Assembly (NCBI GenBank): GCA_950097015.1
Contig: CATNEN010000024.1
Coordinates: 2,418,001 to 2,482,000 of the forward strand
Length of the DNA: 64,000 bases
Origin: Macrostomum hystrix
Taxonomy: Eukaryota > Animalia > Platyhelminthes
Direction of reading: 5' to 3'
Positions 59,240 to 64,000 of this stretch are shown piece after piece. How positions within the stretch are numbered: position 1 is the first letter of the stretch; the number at the start of each line of letters is the position of its first letter. Below the pieces are notes generated by a model, which was given only the letters and a program-made list of their open reading frames with translations, ran no database searches and was not told where the DNA came from. Made by a program: the position numbers and the translations under genes.

Positions 59240-60447
59240 TGATGTGCCAGTTTTGATGAATGATGTGCCAGTTTTGATTAACGATGTGCCAGTTTTGATG
59301 AACGATGTGCCAGTTTTGATGACTGATGTGCCAGTTTTGATGAACGATGTGCCAGTTTTGATGGATTATGTGCCAGTTTTGATGAATGATGTGCCAGTTT
59401 TGATTAACGATGTGCCAGTTTTGATGAACGATGTGCCAGTTTTGATGACTGATGTGCCAGTTTTGATGAATGATGTGCCAGTTTTGATGAATTATGTGCC
59501 AGTTTTGATGAACGATGTGCCAGTTTTGATGAATTATGTGCCAGTTTTGATGAATTATGTGCCAGTTTTGATGAACGATGTGCCAGTTTTGATGAATTAT
59601 GTGCCAGTTTTGATGAACGATGTGCCAGTTTTGATGACTGATGTGCCAGTTTTGATGAATGATGTGCCAGTTTTGATGAATTATGTGCCAGTTTTGTTGA
59701 ACGATGTGCCAGTTTTGATGAATTATGTGCCAGTTTTGATGAATTATGTGCCAGTTTTGATGAATTATGTGCCAGTTTTGATGACTGATGTGCCAGTTTT
59801 GATGAATTATGTGCCAGTTTTGATGAACGATGTGCCAGTTTTGATGACTGATGTGCCAGTTTTGATGAATGATGTGCCAGTTTTGATGAATTATGTGCCA
59901 GTTTTGATGAACGATGTGCCAGTTTTGATGAATTATGTGCCAGTTTTGATGAACGATGTGCCAGTTTTGATGAACGATGTGCCAGTTTTGATGAATGATG
60001 TGCCAGTTTTGATGAACGATGTGCCAGTTTTGATGAACGATGTGCCAGTTTTGATGAACGATGTGCCAGTTTTGATGAATGATGTGCCAGTTTTGATGAA
60101 TTATGTGCCAGTTTTGATGAACGATGTGCCAGTTTTGATGACTGATGTGCCAGTTTTGATGAATGATGTGCCAGTTTTGATGAATTATGTGCCAGTTTTG
60201 TTGAACGATGTGCCAGTTTTGATGAATTATGTGCCAGTTTTGATGAATGATGTGCCAGTTTTGATGAACGATGTGCCAGTTTTGATGAACGATGTGCCAG
60301 TTTTGATGAATGATGTGCCAGTTTTGATGAACGATGTGCCAGTTTTGATGAACGATGTGCCAGTTTTGATGAACGATGTGCCAGTTTTGATGAATGATGT
60401 GCCAGTTTTGATGAACGATGTGCCAGTTTTGATGAACGATGTGCCAG
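59240..60447. repeat. 21-bp minisatellite (GATGTGCCAGTTTTGATGAAY), ~57 copies, 3' of paralog 3
   Basis: Direct tandem periodicity. Confidence 0.96.
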
Positions 60448-61124
60448 AAGCAAGGTTACCCGTGAAACGTTTTAAGTGCACACGTTGTTATTAAGGCCGC
60501 TTTTTTGTTGAAAACTGACTCAAAATTGTTGAGTCAGTGAGGATTTTGATGAAAGTTTGTGACTTTTTTAGTGGTCGACACTAGCGAGCATTTTTTCTCA
60601 TCCTGTTGTGTTTTTCGATTCAATAGAATGTTGGCCATTTTTTCAACTAGCTCGTACTACGCTCGTATATCGTTGGCTGATTCAAAATTACTGAAATTTT
60701 TTTGTCTCGTTCAACTTTTAGCAACTTCTCGTCCGTTCTACAGTTATACTCAGGGTCATTGTGGAACGATTTTATCGATTTTTTACCGATTTTTTTGTCG
60801 AATCTCTGAGAACCAGTGAGATAGTGCTTTTTCTACCAATACAAATTATCTAAGTCACTTTAGCAATATGCATGCAAGTTACTTTTCTGGTGAAGGTCTC
60901 ATGCTTGTCCCTCTTTATAGTTGAAATACCACGCTATTTCAAATTCCCATTGCCTACTTCACGATCACTCCCAAACCGGATGACTGATCGTGGGCGATAA
61001 AAAAATAACAGTGCACATAGGTATTTAAAATACCCTCCTCGTCTTCCTACTGTTTATTCTCGTAGTGCTTTATTCCTACGTAATGTAATTAAATAACTAA
61101 GAGAAAATATTTACAAACGGCTGC

Positions 61125-61600
61125 GTCCGCCTGTTCACCCTGTGCAGAGCAGTGGGGTCCGCCTGTTCACCCTGTGCAGAGCAGTGGGGTCCGCCTGTTC
61201 ACTCTGTGCAGTGCAGTGGGGTCCGCCTGTTCACTCTGTGCAGTGCAGTGGGGTCCGCCTGTTCACCCTGTGCAGTGCAGTGGGGTCCGCCTGTTCACTC
61301 TGTGCAGTGCAGTGGGGTCCGCCTGTTCACTCTGTGCAGTGCAGTGGGGTCCGCCTGTTCACCCTGTGCAGTGCAGTGGGGTCCGCCTGTTCACCCTGTG
61401 CAGTGCAGTGGGGTCCGCCTGTTCACCCTGTGCAGTGCAGTGGGGTCCGGCTGTTCACCCTGTGCAGTGCAGTGGGGTCCGCCTGTTCACCCTGTGCAGT
61501 GCAGTGGGGTCCGGCTGTTCACCCTGTGCAGTGCAGTGGGGTCCGCCTGTTCACCCTGTGCAGTGCAGTGGGGTCCGGCTGTTCACTCTGTGCAGTGCGG
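61125..61600. repeat. 32-bp minisatellite (GGGGTCCGCCTGTTCACYCTGTGCAGTGCAGT), ~15 copies
   Basis: Direct tandem periodicity. Confidence 0.94.
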
Positions 61601-62039
61601 TGGCTGTGTCCGCCATAGCTACTTTGTTGTTGAGAAAGGCACAAACATCAATAGTAATAACTACTGAAAGTAGTTAAAGGCATTGTTTTTTCTAAATAGT
61701 TGCCAGACTAAACCTCTTACCAAATTTCCCTTATCGATTTATATTTTGCACCTTGCAGCTTTAATTGCAGTTTTTTTAATAATATTATTGCGTTGGCAAG
61801 TGAAAATTTTGATACTCGTATTATGATTATGAATGCATTTCATAATTGGACTGATTTTTTATTTTACCTTATGGCTACTCGCAATATAAATTTACTGCGT
61901 TCCTTGACCCAAACACATTCTTATTCAAAATTTAATAATGATTAGTTAACTAGGCTGGATGAAGTCATTTTTTATTGTCATTTATAGTGCTATTCCAAGA
62001 CAAAATAAATTCCCATGTAGTTCGTTTTTATTTAAAAAA

Positions 62040-62225
62040 GGTTGGTTGCCCCATCGAACTAGCTGGTTGCCCCATCAAACTGGTTGGTTGCCCCATCGAA
62101 CTAGTTGGTTGCCCCATCAAACTAGTTGGTTGCCCCATCGAACTAGTTGGTTGCCCCATCAAACTGGTTGGTTGCCCCATCAAACTAGTTGGTTGCTGTA
62201 TCGATCGAACTAGTTGGTTGCCCAA
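62040..62225. repeat. 21-bp minisatellite (GGTTGCCCCATCRAACTAGTT), ~8 copies
   Basis: Direct tandem periodicity. Confidence 0.9.
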
Positions 62226-62359
62226 TCATACACTTGAACTTCGTCTGTTCTTTCTATGAAGTAATTTGCCTGTTCGAATTCCATAATAGTTCGTGGGTGA
62301 TGTTACGAGCTATTTAATTTTTTCTGCGCAACTTTTACTTGAATTCTGTTTCATTACAG

Positions 62360-62786
62360 ATGCCACACCTGACATTATTGCTCAGCCTTCTGTCATCAAT
62401 CCTAGGCTGTTGTCTTTCCGCAGTCAATATAACTGTCTATCCTACCGCTGAGCAGCTGGTCAAGCCCGGCTGTGATTGGTCCGACTGGCAGTGCTCTGAG
62501 AAGCCCGGCAATCCGCCTAGCTGCACACTGTTCAAGGAATGGAACTGCTCAGGCCAGCCCTACCAACGGCTCGAGTACTATCACTATAGTCAGTTTTACA
62601 AGGGCATCAGCTGCAATACCAGGGAGTCACTATCATCTTGTCTGACAGTGCCAGACTACTCAACTGGCTATTCTGAGCAGCCCCGTTGGTGCTCTTGGCA
62701 GGAGTGGCAACAGTGGAGATACGTCTGCTTAGACACAGCGATACGTGACCACTCCTGGCTGCAAACTGCATTGTACAAGTATGGAA
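62360..62786 (+). CDS. TSP1-like receptor paralog 4, first coding exon (gene continues beyond the window)
   Basis: Signal peptide, GCDWSDWQC...C.LFKEWNCSGQP...RWCSWQEWQQWRYVC...SWL...L..Y; phase-1 donor GTGAGT at 62787, at the same position as in paralogs 1-3. Confidence 0.82.
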
Positions 62787-62964
62787 GTGAGTTCCGTGTT
62801 CAGTGGACATGTTTATCCAAGCGTACCTGGTAGCTCCAGCTCAGAGGACATGTTTATCCAAGCGAACCAGTAGCTCTCGCTGCGGTAAGGTATCGCTTGT
62901 CCAAACGAATCCCTTGTAGCTGAGTTCGAGCTTGTCTTAACTCAAGACTTTGACTCACAAGAGT

Positions 62965-64000
62965 TTTATCACAGACTAGTTCTGTTTATCACTGGCTAGT
63001 TCTGTTTATCACAGGCCAGTTCTGTTTATCACAGACTAGTTCTGTTTATCACTGGCTAGTTCCATTTAGCACAGGCTAGTTCCATTTAGCACAGGCTAGT
63101 TCTGCTTATCACTGGCTAGTTCTGTTTATCACAGGCCAGTTCTGTTTATCACAGACTAGTTCTGTTTATCACTGGCTAGTTCTGTTTATCACAGACTAGT
63201 TCTGTTTATCACAGACTAGTTCTGTTTATCACAGACTAGTTCTGTTTATCACTGGCTAGTTCTCTTTATCACTGGCTAGTTCTGTTTATCACTGGCTAGT
63301 TCTGTTTATCACTGGCTAGTTCTGTTTATCACAGACTAGTTCTGTTTATCACAGACTAGTTCTGTTTATCACAGGCCAGTTCTGTTTATCACAGGCCAGT
63401 TCTGTTTATCACAGGCCAGTTCTGTTTATCACAGGCTAGTTCCATTTATCACAGGCTAGTTCTGTTTATCACAGACTAGTTCTGTTTATCACAGGCCAGT
63501 TCTGTTTATCACTAGCTAGTTCTGTTTATCACAGGCTAGTTCCATTTATCACAGGCTAGTTATGTTTATCACTGGCTAGTTCTGTTTATCACTGGCTAGT
63601 TCTGTTTATCACAGGCTAGTTCTGTTTATCACTGGCTAGTTCCATTTATCACAGGCCAGTTCTGTTTATCACAGGCCAGTTCTGTTTATCACAGGCTAGT
63701 TCTGCTTATCACAGGCTAGTTCCATTTATCACAGGCTAGTTCCTTTTATCACAGGCCAGTTCTGTTTATCACAGGCTAGTTCTGTTTATCACCGGCTAGT
63801 TCTGTTTATCACAGACTAGTTCTGTTTATCACAGGCTAGTTCTGTTTATCACTGGCTAGTTATTTTTATCACTGGCTAGTTCTGTTTATCACTGGCTAGT
63901 TCTGTTTATCACTGGCTAGTTCTGTTTATCACAGGCTAGTTCTGTTTATCACAGGCTAGTTCTGTTTATCACAGGCTAGTTCCATTTATCACAGGCCAGT
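62965..64000. repeat. 20-bp minisatellite (CTAGTTCTGTTTATCACWGR), >50 copies, runs off the window
   Basis: Direct tandem periodicity in intron 1 of paralog 4. Confidence 0.95.

Noticed and set aside
59244-60494. 416-aa ORF (MNDVPVL)n and its antisense ORF
   Set aside because: Translation of a 21-bp minisatellite with no stop in that frame; no unique coding sequence or splice context.

Overview
Animal genomic DNA with spliced genes, GC-rich exons and introns filled by minisatellites. The style suggests a free-living flatworm such as Macrostomum (inference, not provable from this window). Host genes, all on the + strand: the 3' part of an NFAT5-like Rel-homology factor, a divergent class-B (secretin-like) 7TM receptor with no visible ectodomain exon, a 4-exon SLC17 (VGLUT/sialin-type) transporter, a single-copy amidated neuropeptide precursor, and a tandem array of four paralogous genes (46.2-62.8 kb). 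The three complete paralogs encode signal peptide + Cys/Trp-rich TSP1-like ectodomain + one TM helix + Q-rich tail ending in PPSYEE; the fourth runs out of the window. Mobile DNA: one intact, very young Ty3/gypsy LTR element (identical 187-bp LTRs, GGTAC TSD, A_AAA_AAC frameshift site, no tRNA-type PBS, a perfect in-frame 33-bp minisatellite inside pol), a degenerate PIF/Harbinger element, two mariner relics, a 5'-truncated RTE-type LINE and two tRNA-derived SINE families. About 26 tandem arrays account for most long ORFs in the supplied track; those ORFs are artefacts. Exon joins were checked by hand for GT-AG and reading-frame phase. All homology calls are from motif recognition, not database searches, and array copy numbers are approximate.
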